From Blastocladiella emersonii ATCC 22665 (taxonomy: Eukaryota > Fungi > Blastocladiomycota): a stretch of DNA of 64,000 nt. The notes beneath the pieces are model-generated. The model saw only the letters and a list, made by a program, of their open reading frames with translations. It was not told the origin of the DNA and ran no database searches. A program made the translations under genes and the position numbers. Below, in pieces: positions 32,213 through 45,536 of this stretch (the first letter of the stretch is position 1; the number at the start of each line of letters is the position of its first letter). Location: contig JANHCV010000016.1 of the NCBI GenBank assembly GCA_025594325.1, forward strand, positions 248,001 to 312,000, written 5' to 3'.

Positions 32213-35160
32213 ATGACCATGCCGTCGTCCCAGGACGCATCAGCGACGTCGAGCTACGCCGGCGCGCCATCGGCGTTCGAGCTCAGCGCCGCGTGGCCAC
32301 CAGCGCCGTCGCAGCCGTTTGCGCCCAGCCACGTCGCGGCCGCGGCGCCTCCCCCACACGGCGGCGCCACGCCATGCACCCAGCCCGCGGCCATGGCGCA
32401 AGCGCAGGCGCAGCCGGCGCACGCCGTGCCACACCTCGCGTCGTACATGCCCGTCGGCGGGTTCGCTCAGGCGGCCGACCGGACCGACCACAGCCAAGCG
32501 CAGCACTACGCGCCGTCGTACCAGCAGAGCCACGACCAAAGCCTCTCGCGCGCCATCGTGCTCCCGGGCGTCGCCGAGGCGCCGTTCGCGTCGCACAACC
32601 ACCACCTGCAGCAGCAGCAGCCGATGCTCGATACGGCCGTGATCTCGGGCGCTGGCAGCGAGCGATACCTCGGAGCGGTACGCGTCGACGCGTTTGTTGG
32701 CCGGATCACACGCACCATCACTGACTCCTCGCCCCTGCCCTCGTCTGTTGTTCGCTTGTTCGCTTGCTCCTGTCCGTTTGTTCGCTCGCGGTTCCCATCG
32801 TGCGTGCTCGCCACCTTCCCCGATCTGCCGCCCGCCGTCCATCCGCGCGCACGTTCTCGCTCCCGCTCTCGCGCTTGCAGATCCAGCCCCCACCTCCGCC
32901 GCCGCCCGCATCGACGGCCACACTCTCCGTCATCCTCAACCACAACTCGCACGAGCACCAGCACCAGCACCAGCAGCAACAGCAGCCGTTCGACTCGATC
33001 CCGCAGCTCACGGTGCCGAGCCATGGACCCGAACCCGGCTGCGCCTCGGCGCCCTCGTCGCCGTTCGCGCGCGCGTCCGCGCCCGACGGCAACAGCGGTG
33101 CCTACTTCATGCCGTCGCTGCTGCACCTCCAGGACCTGCCGCCGCTCAGCTCGGTCCTGTCGAGCGCGCACGATCGGCATCCAGCGCCCGCTGCTGAGCC
33201 GCACTACTTCACGTCTTCGAAGGTAGCGCCACCCTCCGCTGTCGTGATCCCCGCTGCGACCACCGCTACGACCGCGTCGATCAACGAGCCGTACGCGGCG
33301 TATCACCACCCGCAGCAGCCGCAGCAGCAGCAGCAGCAGTCACAGTACTGCGACAACTCGGTCATGACGTGGCAGCTGCCGCAGCTGCACTTCCCACAAC
33401 AACAACATCAGCATCAGCAGCAGTCGCAGAACCTGTTCCCCGCGATCCTCCCGCCCGATGCCTACATGTACACCGGCGGCAGCTGCAGCTCTGCGCCGCC
33501 CGCCGCGCTGCACCACCACCACCACCCGCACCCGCACCCGCAGCCGTACCAGCGCGACGTGCCGTCGCCGCTGATCCCGTCGACCGCGACGTCGCCCAAC
33601 CCGTCGCTCGCCGGGTCCGTGTGCGCGTCTGCGTCGAAGCGGCGGTCCAAGAAACGCTCCCGCGCGCCGTCCGCCGCCCCCACTGCCATCGACGACCTCG
33701 CCTCCAAGGACGCCGGCGGCTCAGGCAAACGCCTGTGCCGGATCCGCCCGCCGCTGCCGTACCCGATGCTGCTCGCGACGTGCCTGCTCGAGGCGCCGGA
33801 CGGCCGGCTGACGCTGCGCGAGGTGTACGCGGAGCTCACGCGCCGGTACCCGGACATGTACGGCCCGTGCGAGCAGTTCCGCGGGTGGCAGAATACCGTC
33901 CGGTACAACCTGTCGCGGTGCGGCCTGTTCGAGAAGCTCGCGCGGCACAAGGTCGGCGCCACCAAGCGCGCCAAGATGCGCGCGAAAAAGGAGAAGGCGA
34001 AGAAGGCGGCGGCGGCTGCAGCGGCCGCGGCGGCGGAGGGTGACGGGGATGGGGATGGGGATGGGTCGCCGCCCGCGAGCACTGGTGGTAGCGGCAGCAA
34101 GCCGGCCAGCGACGACGACGAGGACGAGGACGGCGACGAGGCGCGCGAGGGCCGCGGCCACCTGTGGGCCATCAAGGCCGAGTGGCGCGAGCAGATCGAC
34201 CGGTTCGGCGTCGAGATCCTGCGCGACCTCGGCGACGGACGCCGGATCTCCAACGACCCGGCCCGCGACGTGATCGCCGCCCGCGAGGCCAAGCGGCGCG
34301 CCAACGACGCGGACGCGGACGCTGACTCGGTCATCGTCGACGGCAGCGGCGACGCAACAACGAGGCCGCCAACCCACGACGCCTCGGGCATCCTCATGCA
34401 CCTCCCGCCCGTCGGGCCCATGGACGCGCTCCCGCCGCCGCCGTCCGGCCGCGAGGACGGGATCGCCGTCCATGTCCGCCCGCTCCACGACGCGCCGCAC
34501 CCCAACTCGGCCGCGCACAACGGCGGCGGCGGCGAGGGACCGCTGCCGTCCATGATCACCGACTACGTCATGAACGCCGCCGACCACCACCACAACCATT
34601 ACGGGCACCGCGCCGACCCGTGGCAGCAGCAGGTGAACGGCGGCCCCGCCGCGTCGTTCATGTCCTCGACCCCGCCTCCGCCCCCGCCGCCGCAGCACCA
34701 CCACCACCCCGCCGCCGTGTACGTCGTCGGGTCGGCCGCCGCGATGCCGCCGCCCCCGCCGCAGCCGCTCCCGCTCCCGCCGGCCGCCGACGGGTACTAC
34801 TACCGCCACGACGCGTACCAGCCCCAGCAGCAGCAGCAGTACGACCACTACCAGCCGCATCAGCAGCCGCTCGACCAGCCTGCGCGGCACCACCACGACC
34901 ACTACCACCAGCACCAGTATCCGCGCGAACACACGGTCGTGGTGCACTCGCCGCCCGCGGGTGGTGGTGGTGGCGAGTACTCGGCGTACAGCTCGCGCGC
35001 CGCGTCGCCCGCGTCGACGTTGCCCGCCATGACGATCCCGGTCCTCGCGTCGCCGCCGACGGTCCCGCACTCGGTCGTGCTCGCGCTGCCGACGTCAACG
35101 GCGGCGGGGTGGCCGTCCTCGTCGTCGCATCACGCGCAGCAGCAGCAGAGCCACCAGTAG
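32213..35160 (+). CDS. Forkhead-box transcription factor with long Q/H/P-rich regions
   Basis: Intron about 32678-32880. FH domain RPPLPYPMLLATCLLEAPDGRLTLREVYAELTRRYP...GWQNTVRYNLSRCGLFEKL. Confidence 0.85.
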
Positions 35161-35307
35161 ACAGACCCGCTCGATGAAGATACCACTCGTTAGCTACACT
35201 AATACAGCCGCATGAAGGACACATCTATGCTATATTGCAGGAAAGAAGAGGAGAATGGATACTGCTGGAAGGAGGGAGGATATCACACACAAAAAAGACT
35301 CGGTCAC

Positions 35308-38139
35308 TCACGACAGCCACACGCGCGCCTTGACGACGGGCCGCGCCGCGACCGCGTCCCAGACGCCCGGCCAGTGCGCGAACTGGACCCGCGGACCCTC
35401 TTCCTCCTCATCCCCGGGTGCGCCGTCCATAGACGCGGCCGGCGAGCTGGACATGAGCCCGTCGACGGCCGCGAGCAGCGGGCGCGGGGACTCGGCGAGC
35501 GACGGCGCCGGCGAGTCGAGCCGCTCCGGCTCACCACCGTCCTCTTCCGGGAACGCGCACTCGGCCGGCCACTGCATGCGGTCGGCGTCAGGCGCGGCGC
35601 GCGCGGGCGGGAAGTACAGCAGCAGCGCCGGGTCGAGCGCCTTGATCCGGAACACGAGCTCGACGCCGCGCTCGATCACGTCGCGCGCGCGCACGTCGTC
35701 GGCGGCCGACCCGGGCGTAGTGCCGGACTGGAACCCGATGGCGGTCGCGGTGCGCAGAGACCCGGACCGGCCGAGCGCGTGGGTTGAGGAGGAAGAGGTG
35801 GATGCGAGGCCCGCCGTCTGGAACACGCGCCCGAAGTCGCGGACGACCTGGTTCACGGCGGGCGCGAGGTGCCGGAACGCGGTCGCGCGCGTCGCCGGGT
35901 CCGAGAACAGCTCGCTGAGCGCCGTGTACAGCTCGGGGAGCTCGAGTGCGGGTGGAATCGCAGACGACGACGCGGCTGCACTCGATTTGCCGTGCTTGAA
36001 CTTGCTCGCCTTCCCGCCGCCATTGCCCGACGCGTCACCCCCATTGCTGAACCGCCGGTACCGCGGGTGGTGCGAGTACACGAGCCGCGTGTACTCGGAG
36101 ATGCGGTTGGCCGCCAGCAGCCGCGTGCGCAGGAAGAAGGCGAAGAAGACGTTGGCCAGCTGGAACTCGGTCGCCGCGATATCCGCCGCGTCGAGGTTGC
36201 CGCCGGGCGTCACGTTCACGTCGAGCGACGCGGGCGCCGGACCCAAACGCGGGCTCGACACGGGCGAGGACAGCGACGCGACGCGGGTGTTCGCCATGGC
36301 TGCAGCCGCTGCCGCCGCCGCAGGGGGCGCGAGGAGCGACGCAGCCGTCGCCGCGCTATCCGTCCGCGGGAGTGCGCGCGGGAGACTCGACAGCGACCCC
36401 ATGGCCTGCCCCGCGACCGTCTGGTACATGTGCACCTTGGCGCGCTCGGCCGCCGGCACCGCCGCGTACCGCTCGACGACCAGGTCGTGCACGCGCGCGT
36501 AGAAGGCGTCCCACAGCGCGTACACGCGCGTGGCCACGTCGTCTTCCGCGTTGACCGCGTGTGCACCCGCGCCGAGAAGCGGGAGCTGCAGCGCATCGCC
36601 GCCGAGGACCACCGTGTTCTCCCACACGGGCCGCGCGGCGTACACCCCCGTCGTCGAGTGTTCCGGCGACACGACGCTCGCGCCCGAGAGCATGGGCTCG
36701 GTCGGCGGCGCCGAGAACACGTTGAGCTGGATCGGGTCGTGCAGCCGCCCCGTGAAGGCGGCGGCGCGCGGCATGCCCGGCGTGTGGTGGCCGTACCGCA
36801 CGTCGGCCATGGGCGACTCGGGGAACCGGCGTGGGAACACGGCCATGGTCGTCGCGGACACGCCCGGGATCTTGCCGCGACGCGACCGGCTGAAGTGGCG
36901 CCGGCGCCACAGGACGAAGACGGCGGCGCCGACGAGGGCGACGACGCTCGACTACACGCCGTGAGAGAAGCGGTCAGTGGGTGGTACCAAGGATGTGAGA
37001 CATAGAGCGCGTACCAGAGCAATCGCAACAATCGCGCCGGTCGGGAGCCCCGCCGACTGCGACGCGCCGGGCGCGCTGTTATTGCTGGACCCGGGCCCGA
37101 CGACCCCGGGCGCCGCAGAATCGACCGTCGCCTGGGCGCCCGCGGTCCGCGTGGAGAGGAACGGAACCGGACATGCGAGCTGCGGGAGCGCGGGTGCGAG
37201 TACGGTTTCTGGCGCGCCGGGCGCGGCGATGGCGGGCTGCGGGACCTGGCACAGGTACTGTCGGCTCGGCGGGGTGGTGGCGGCCTGCCAGTCCCAGCAC
37301 CCGAAGAAGACGGCGCGCTGCGCGGCCTTGGCGGGGACGGGCGTCGACGAGGCGCGTGGTGGCGAGACGGTGATGGCGGCGACGCCCTCGACGCCCGAGA
37401 TCACGGTGCTCGCGGCGGGGGTCGGCGTCAGCGTGGCGGTCCCGACGACGGCGAGCGGGAGGAACAGGTTGTCGATGGCCGCCGCGCCCGCCGCGTCCGA
37501 GGACGACACGTTGACGGCGGGCGCGCCCTGCGCCATGAGTGTCTGGCCGCGCGGCGGGCACTTGTCGGAGACGGGGCACGAGCGGGTCAGGACGGTCCCG
37601 TCCGAGCAGAAGTAGCGCGTCGGGTGGAACTCGGGGAACCGTACGCAGCCAGCCATGGTGCGCGAGCCCCACACGGGCAGGACGAGCGTAGCAAAATCGG
37701 CCTGCACCGAGTCGAGCGCGGCGGCAGGGTTCTCGGCGAACGCGGCGGCCAGGTCGGCCTCGACGGCGTCGTCCGTCTGCGCCTGGGTGCTCGACAGCAC
37801 CGACAGCAGGTTGGTCGACCACTGCGACCGCAGGCTGGTGATCGACGCCAGCGGGTATTGGTGGCACGCGCGCAGGTTCGAGTTGGACTCGACGCCGACG
37901 GGGACGGGCAGGCGCGTCGCCGTAGTGGTTGTTGACGTGGCTGAGCGGGTGGAGGTCGACGCCGTCGTGGTGGTGGTCGCGGTGGCGCTGCTCGACGAGC
38001 TCGAGCTCGACGTGGGCCCAGGCGGCGAGGACGACCCGCCCGACGAGGACGCGGATGTCGACGTCGACGAAGCGGACGACGAGGGCGAGGGGTTGGGCCC
38101 GGGCCCGGGCCCGGGTATCGTGGTAACGGGAGAGCTCAT
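35308..38139 (-). CDS. Single-pass membrane protein: Ser/Thr-rich and Cys-containing N-terminal part, TM, cytoplasmic helical and C-terminal beta domain
   Basis: ORF 38139-37015 joined through intron 36952-37014 to a frame ending at 35308. TM GAIVAIAL|SSVVALVGAAVFVLW-RRR. No obvious signal peptide, so the start is uncertain. Confidence 0.7.
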
Positions 38140-39048
38140 TGCGGGGTTGGAAACGGTCGGTCGATGGAGGCGGGCGGCGGGAGGCGATCGGAGCGAGGAG
38201 AGCTGGGACCGCTGCCGAGGGCCATGGAGCGCAGCGCAACGGGTGCACGCGAGCTGAGCAAAGTATGCAAGACCGCAAGAGTGGCCGCGAATAGACCTGC
38301 GACGCTAGCGCGGCGTAGAGTTTCCGAGGCTGCCGACTCGACGACGGGTGGGTCTGCGATGGCACGCGCGCACGGAGAGAAGCGAGGAGGGGTGCGCGAC
38401 GAGAAGGACACGCCGTTGCAGGGAGTTTGCGAGATGCTCCGTGCCCGGCCTAGATGTGATACATTACGGGGTGGAGGGAGCGGGTCTCGCGGCCCCACCC
38501 GACCCGATGCGGCGGCGCCGCTTCTTCCGGGCCGCGCCACGCGGAAGCGGTCCGGTCACCTGACGCTGATCTCGCCGCTGATCACGACGCGTCGCGACGC
38601 GTGTCGGTCGGCCGGTTGCAGGGGACCTCCGTTGCTGAGGGCCGATGTCGCTCACCTTTTCCCGCACGTTGCCGTGTACCGCACGAGGACATGCGACGTT
38701 GGTCGCCCCGTTCCGACCGCGGTGGCTGCACGCTCGAAGTGCTGCAACTCCGCGACTTCTCATCGCGCTGGATTCAGTTTCCACCGTCTCGGCCGTCCGA
38801 GAGCTCCTGACTACAAGCGCCCCGCGACGTGTTTGTTGGAAGTAAATGATGGGCGGCAAGCAACAGCGGTCCTGAAGTTCAAGCCAAGCACGCGCCACCA
38901 TGCGCCACGCCCCGGTCGCTGTCCCACTTTCGAGTCGTGGCGGGCTGTCCCTGCTCTCTCTCCTCCCCCACCACCTTCGGAGCGCTGGCCGCTCACCTTG
39001 TACAATACACGACGACGCTGCGCTGGACTCGCACCCGTCACGATCAAG

Positions 39049-41060
39049 ATGCCTATCGTACTCCCCACGCCGGTCGTGGGCCATCATCCGCGGCTCGGAC
39101 GCCGCCGCAGCTCGTCGACGAGCGCCGTCGTCGCTGTGGGCGTCGCTGCACTGCTCCTCGGCGCCATTCCCGGGGTGACGGACGCGGAGCCGCACCCGCA
39201 CTACGACGAGGCCGCGGCCGAGCTCCGCTACCCGACCCCGCGACTCGAGTCTGCCCTCGGTACCTGCGAACTCTCTCGCTTCCTTCGTTGCCCTGGGGCT
39301 CCTCGCTGACGGTGCATGTCTGTAGCGTCGACCATCTCGCCCGAGCTCGGCGCCTGCCGCCATTCCTCGCCTGGCGCGCCATCCGCCACCTACACGGCCG
39401 GCCTGCCCGCGCCCGTCGTCTGGACTGGGCCCAAGTCCGAGTCGCAGGTCGACATCTCGCTCCGCTGCGCCGGCTCCGTGGTGCAGGTCTCGCGCCACAT
39501 CACCAAGCACTCGACGGGTACTTGATTCCGCGATGGCCGAGGAGGGAACGGCTACTGACTCTCCCTACCGCTCGCCTAGACGCGATGATTGACATCCCCG
39601 CCGACGCCCACGGCGACTGCCAGCTTGAGTGGACCCTGTCGTCGCGCAACCGCCGTACGTTTCCAACTCCTCGATTACTCTCGCGTTAGATCAGTTCGCT
39701 GATCCCACACGCGCACTTCACCCTAGGCCTCTCCTCGTCGTGCGCCGACGTCTACGTCGCCCGCCCCGACACGGCCGCGCTCCTCGACGAGCAGCAGCTC
39801 ATCTGGCTCTCGAAGCGCGACCCGACCGCCGAGCCCATGGACGTTGGCGAGATGGCCGACTCGGGCGTCGCGCCGCTCCCCGTCTACGCGCCCGTCGCCG
39901 AGGAGTTCCTGCTCGAGGCCCGCGACACGTCCGCCGTCGACGAATTTGGCGTGTTCACCAGCAAGCGCAAGAACCAGAACCAGCAAAACAACAACCAGAA
40001 TAACTGCAACGGCGGGAACCAGCAGAATGGTGGTGGGAACCGTCAGAAAGGCGGTGGAAACCAGCAGCACGGCGGGAACGGCCAGAATGGCGGTGGGAAC
40101 CGACAGAATGGCGGTGGAAACCAGCAGCAGCACGGCGGTGGAAACCGACAGAATGGTGGAAACAACCAGAGCCGTGGACACGGCCAGGGAAACAACCAGA
40201 ACCGCGGCCACGGCCAGGGTAACAACAACAACAAGGGACGCAAGCAGGGCGGCGGAAACCAGCACCGCGGCGGTGGCGGCGGTAACGGCCGTGCGACGTC
40301 GACCTCGAGCGCCGCGACCTCGATCGTCACGGTCATCGGCGACGCGCGGACCATCATCCGCGGCGGAGGCGGTGGTGGTGGTGGCGGCGCGGTCGTCACG
40401 TCTACGGCCGTCGTCTCCAGGACCGAGGTCCGCACCGAGGTCATCACGTCGACGGCCTTCGTCACGGCGACGCGCCTCGTCGATGTCGGTGCCGGTGGTG
40501 GCGGCGGGCGCGCAACGGCGACGAGCGCCGTCGACCGCGGACAGGTCACGGCCACGAGCGTTGTCGAGACGTCGCGGGCCATGGTCACGTCGACAGCCGT
40601 CGCGACCTCGTCGGCGTCCGCCCCGACGCCGTCCCCGCAGCCTCCGCAGCCGCAGCCGCCTCAGCCGCAGCCCGGTCCCGCGCCGCTCCTGCCCGTTCCG
40701 CGCGACGAGAACGGCGAGGAGTTCGAGTGCGTCGAGTTCGGCGACGAGACGCCCGAGGACCTGCAGCGCGCCACGGGCGAGCTGCCGCCACTCGACGAGA
40801 ACGGCAACGAGATGGAGTGCGTCGAGTTTGCCGAGGACAACATCACGACGCCGTCGCCGTCGCCCGTCGCGCCTCCCTCGCACGGAACTTCGCCGCCGCC
40901 CGCGCAGCCGCCGAGCAAGGCCGAGGTCCCGCTCGACGAGAACGGCAACGAGATGGAGTGTGTCGAGTTTGGCGAGGAGGGGCCCGGCGACGCGGCGCGG
41001 CTCACGGGCGAGATGCCGCCGCTCGACGAGCTCGGGCTCGAGATGGAGTGTGCCGAGTGA
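39049..41060 (+). CDS. Secreted protein: LPMO-like beta-sandwich remnant, N/Q/G low-complexity region and acidic Cys repeats
   Basis: Introns 39260-39325, 39518-39579 and 39655-39726, all phase-consistent. Signal-like hydrophobic stretch, LRYPTPR, CQLEWTL...SSCADVYV, dibasic KR sites, four PxDExGxExECxE repeats. Confidence 0.75.
39974..40290 (+). repeat. Coding tandem repeat (GGNQQN/GGNRQN units)
   Basis: Repeated ggcggtggaaaccagcag / ggtgggaaccgacagaat units. Confidence 0.8.
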
Positions 41061-41213
41061 TCGAACGTGTTTCCTTCCTTTCCTGCCCATGTTCGCGCGA
41101 GGGTGTCGCTGGCCGAACTACCCGCCCTCGCTGCAGCCGTTCTCTCCGATTCTGTAATACATCAAGACCTATTCGCATCGAATCAATTGATATGGGAGAG
41201 AATACAAAAGTGA

Positions 41214-44200
41214 TCAGATCGCGGGCAGACGCTCGACCTGCGATGTCCGCGCTGCTGGCGCTGGTCCTGTCGCGAGCCCGTCGCTCGCCATGCCGCCAGC
41301 CGCGCTGCGAGCGCTCGCTTCCTTGGCCGCCGCGACGACCTGGTTCGCGGCGAGCGTCGCAGCGACCGCGTCCGACTCTTCTTCGGCGGTCGACCGCTTG
41401 CCCGTGCGCAGCTGGATCTCCTTGCGCAGCTGGTTGATCTCGCGGATGAGGACCACGTTCTCCTGCATGATCTTGACGTGGTCGGCCTTGTGGCGGACCT
41501 GGTCCTTGGACACGGCCTTGCGCAGGCCCGCGATCGTGCGCTCGAGGTACAGCCGCTGGCGGATCTGCTCGGCCTGGCGGTCCGACTCAGCCAGCATGCT
41601 CGTGGCCGCGAGCGCGTCGTCCGACGCCGTGGCCAGCTTGTCCGCGTCGCCGAGCGGCGTCGGTCCGCCCTTCTGCGCGCCGGCAGCTGCGGCGGCCGCC
41701 GCGCCGGCCGTGGTCGCGGACACGTTCTCGGTCGGCGCCTCGATGTTGACCAGGTTCTTACAGTACGTCTGGTACAGCTCGCGCACCTTTTGCTTGAGCG
41801 GCTTCGGGTCCTGGATGTGCGACGCGCACTCGTTGAGGTCGGCCTTGAACCGCTTCACCATGGCGTTGAAGTACTTGACCTTGGACTTTTCGACCTGCAC
41901 CTGCTTCTCGGCCGCGCGCAGCTTGAGCTTGAGGTCGCTGATCATGAGGTCGAGGTTCGTGTTCGACTTGTTGTACGACGACAGCTCCTCGTCCATGTTC
42001 TACGGCGCAAGAAACAAGGAGTTAGTCGCGATTCGGGCGCTGTGGACGGCCATCGACCCGCGTACCTTGATCTGCTCGCTCATGCTCATGATGTCCTGCT
42101 CGCGCGGCTCGATCTGCTTCTTGAGCTCCTTGATCTTGTAGTCGAGCACGAACTTGAACTTTTCGAGCTCCTGGTTCTTCTTCTTGAGGTCGTAGATGCG
42201 CTTCTCCTTGTCCTGGATCGTCTCGTCGCGCTCTTGGATCTACACGCAAGCGTGCGCGGCCATCGCGTCAGCATGCGCGACCAGCGACGATAGCGGCCGA
42301 CACCGTACCTCCTTCTTGAGCCCAGCAATGTCCTTTTCGAGGCTCTTGATGATCGAGTGCAGCTTCTTCTCCTCGAGCAGCATCTTCTGGATCTCGCCCT
42401 TGTGCGCCTCGATCTCGCTGTTGAGCGTGTTGAACTTCTTCTTCATGATGCCGTTCTCGCCCTTGAGCCGCAGGCCGACCTCGCGCTCCTCGCGCAGCTT
42501 CTTCTCGTACTTGTGCTTGAGCTGGATGATCTCCTGGTCCGCGTCCTCCTCGGTCTCGCGGTTCGTCTCCTCGAACTCTTTGATCTGCTGCCGCATCTCC
42601 TCTTGCAACTACACGCACGGCGAGTCAGCAGCAGTCACGTCACGGTGTCGAGTATCACATACCCGGTCAATGTCGGCCTGCTTGGCGCGGAGGAGCGACT
42701 CGTACTGGCTCGTAAACTCCTGGAGCGTGCGCTGCTTCTGCTGCTGGAGCTCGTCGAGCTGGGTGGCCCACGAGTCCTCGAGCTGGGCCGTCTTGGCCTG
42801 GAGCTCCTGGTACTTTTCGTACTCGGACATGAGCTTGGTCGAGTGCGACGTCTCCATCTCCTCCATGTTCTGGGCGTGGCGCTGGTGCTCCTCGGCCATC
42901 TCCTCCTCGTGGCGCACCTCCTCCTTCTCCTTGTCGGCCTTGAGCACCGAGCAGGTGATCTTGAGCCCCTCGATCTCCTCCTGGTACTTCTCGGTCGTCT
43001 CTTTGATCTTCTCGTTGAAGTTCATGTCCTTGAGCCGCAGCTGGTACTCGTTCTCCATCTTGAGCTCCTCGACGCGCGCCCGCAGCTCGGCCATGGTCTG
43101 CGTCTTGTCCTCGAGGTCGCTCTTCGTCACGAGGATCTCGTCCGCGTACACGATCTCGCGCTTGGCGCCGTTGGGCCCGCTGCCGCCCAGCATCGCCGTG
43201 GCCGCGAGGTGCGCGCCGAGCGCGCCCGCCGTCCGCGACGTCGACGACGCCTGCTCCTTGTCGCTGACCTTCCACACGATCACGGACCCGTCCTCGGACG
43301 CCGAGAACAGGAACTGGTCGTCGAACGACACGCGGAGGCGAGTCACGGGCCCGGCGTGCCCGTGGTGCTCCTGGAACTCGCCCGTGTCGGCCACCGCGAA
43401 CGGGAACTTGATGGACCGGATCGACCCCGACGTCGTCGCCGCGAACAGCATCCGCCCAGAGTGGCTCAGCACCACCTGGGTCAGCACGATGTTCGAGTGG
43501 ATCTCGCGCGTCACCTGCGACTCGGCAACCTCCTACACACACGGGTCGAATCGCGTGTCAGCTTGTAAATCGACGGTGATCTGTGATGGTCGCGGTGGAA
43601 CGTGCCTTGAGCGTCTTGTCGGACCCGACGGCGTAGATCGACTTGCCCTCGGTCGCGGCGACGGCGCACGTGTAGCTGCACGACTTGAGGATGTTCTCGC
43701 CGTCGCGGCGCATCTCGCGGACGTTCCACTCGTAGATGGCGCCCTCCATGCCGGCCGAGACAAGGCGGGCGTCGTCGGGCGACCACGACAGGCTGCGGAC
43801 CTTGCCGTTGTGTCCCTTGAGCGTGCCGATGCACTCGAAGGTCCACGTGTTGTAGACGAGGATGACGTTGCCGTGGACCGCGGCAAAGTACTGTCCGCCG
43901 TTGGAGAAGCGGCACTCGCGGCACCCGCGCACGGCAAACTCGCGGAACGTGCGGATGTCGTCGATCAGCAGGTTCATGAGCCTTAGCTTGTCGCTGAACC
44001 CGACCAGGATGTACAAGCCCGACGGGTGGAACGCGACGCTGCTCGCCTCCTCGGCAAAGAACTTGACCAGCTCCGACGTCGCGTCCTGGTAGTTCCACAC
44101 CCGCACCGACTTGTCGCTCGAGCACGTCACGATCAGCGGCTTGCGCACGCATGTGTCCATGCCCGTCACCTGGCCGTAGTGGAACGGCTGGCCGAACAGC

Positions 44201-45536
44201 TCGAACCGCACGTCCTCCATCTACACGCCATGCGTTCACGGGTCAGTGACCATGGCCGACGCGGTGGCCATCGACCGCCCGGAGCCGTACCTTGACCTCG
44301 CTGACGCCGAGCGCCATCGAGTACATTTGAGCGTTGCGCAAGCTGACCAGGAGCACCTCCTCGTTGGGCGTGAGCGCCATGTTGGTGATATCGACGGCCT
44401 GGTCTTCCGGGAGGACGTATTCACGCGACTTGCGGTAGCTCGCCTCGTCCGTCTTGTCGTAGATGGTCAGCACGCCGGCCTGGCACCCGCAGATGAACCC
44501 GCGCGTGTACGGCAGGATCGCGAACACGTCGCGGTGCAGGCCCGACGGGCCGTGCGTGTTGATCACGTCGACTTTCGGCTCGCCGCCCTCGAACAGGATC
44601 AGGTGGCCGTCCGTCGAGGACGCCAGAATGCGTGACTCGGTCAGCCAGCAGTGTGTGATGTACGCCTACGCGAGTGATCGACGACGGGTAAGTCGGCGAT
44701 GAGCGGCGCTTCCCATCAAGTGAGCAGGCGGGGCGTACCTTGGCCTCGACCTTGGTGCTGCCAAACTGGCGCATGCTGCCCTCCATGTACCGGTAGCACT
44801 TGAAGACGCCGTTCCCGATGACCGAGACCTGCGACGCGTCCCACGGGTTGAAGGCGACCTGGTGCACCGTGTACCCGGCCACGTTGTTGGTGCGGACCGA
44901 CGCGATCACCTTGGCCTTCTCCCACGACCAGTTGTGCAGCATCCAGTCGGGCCCGCACGTCAGCGACGCTATGTACTTGGAATCGGCCGAGAAGCACAGC
45001 GACACGATCTCCTTGGGCGTGTCCGAATTGGCGCCGCCCGCGTTCCCGCCGCCGCCGGTGCTGCTCGCGGGCGCGACCGAGCCACCGGCCATGCCGCCGA
45101 GATTCCCAGACGGGTTCGCCGAGTCGGGCGGGAGCCCCGAGTTGACGCCGCCGCCGAGCCCGCGGCTGGCCTCGGACGACGGCGGGACCTGGCTCGCGTG
45201 GCCCGCCATACCCGTGGACCCGGCGGGCGACGGCGGTACGACGAGCACCTTGCGCTTGCGCAGCGTCATGAGGTCGTAGACGACGATGGACGCGCCGAGC
45301 TCGCCGCGCTCGGCAATCGCAATGAACCGCTTATTTGGGGCGAGCGCCATGGCCGTGATGGCGTCGCACGTGTCCTGCACCGGGATGAACTTTTGCGTGC
45401 GCGCCTCGGCATGGTAGATGACCGTGTTGGAGCCGCACGGGTACACGGCCGTCGAGTCGTCGAGCCAGTGGATGTTCCCGCGCACGTCGGCCTTGAGGCC
45501 GAACGCGTGCTTGTGCGCGACCGCGGCGATCGACAT
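41214..45536 (-). CDS. CFAP57: Cilia- and flagella-associated protein 57 (WDR65)
   Basis: N-terminus [24 protein letters not shown]...[10 protein letters not shown]...QKFIP. WD repeats ([46 protein letters not shown]) and a long coiled coil (ARKVQVR region, [18 protein letters not shown]); several short introns. Confidence 0.95.
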
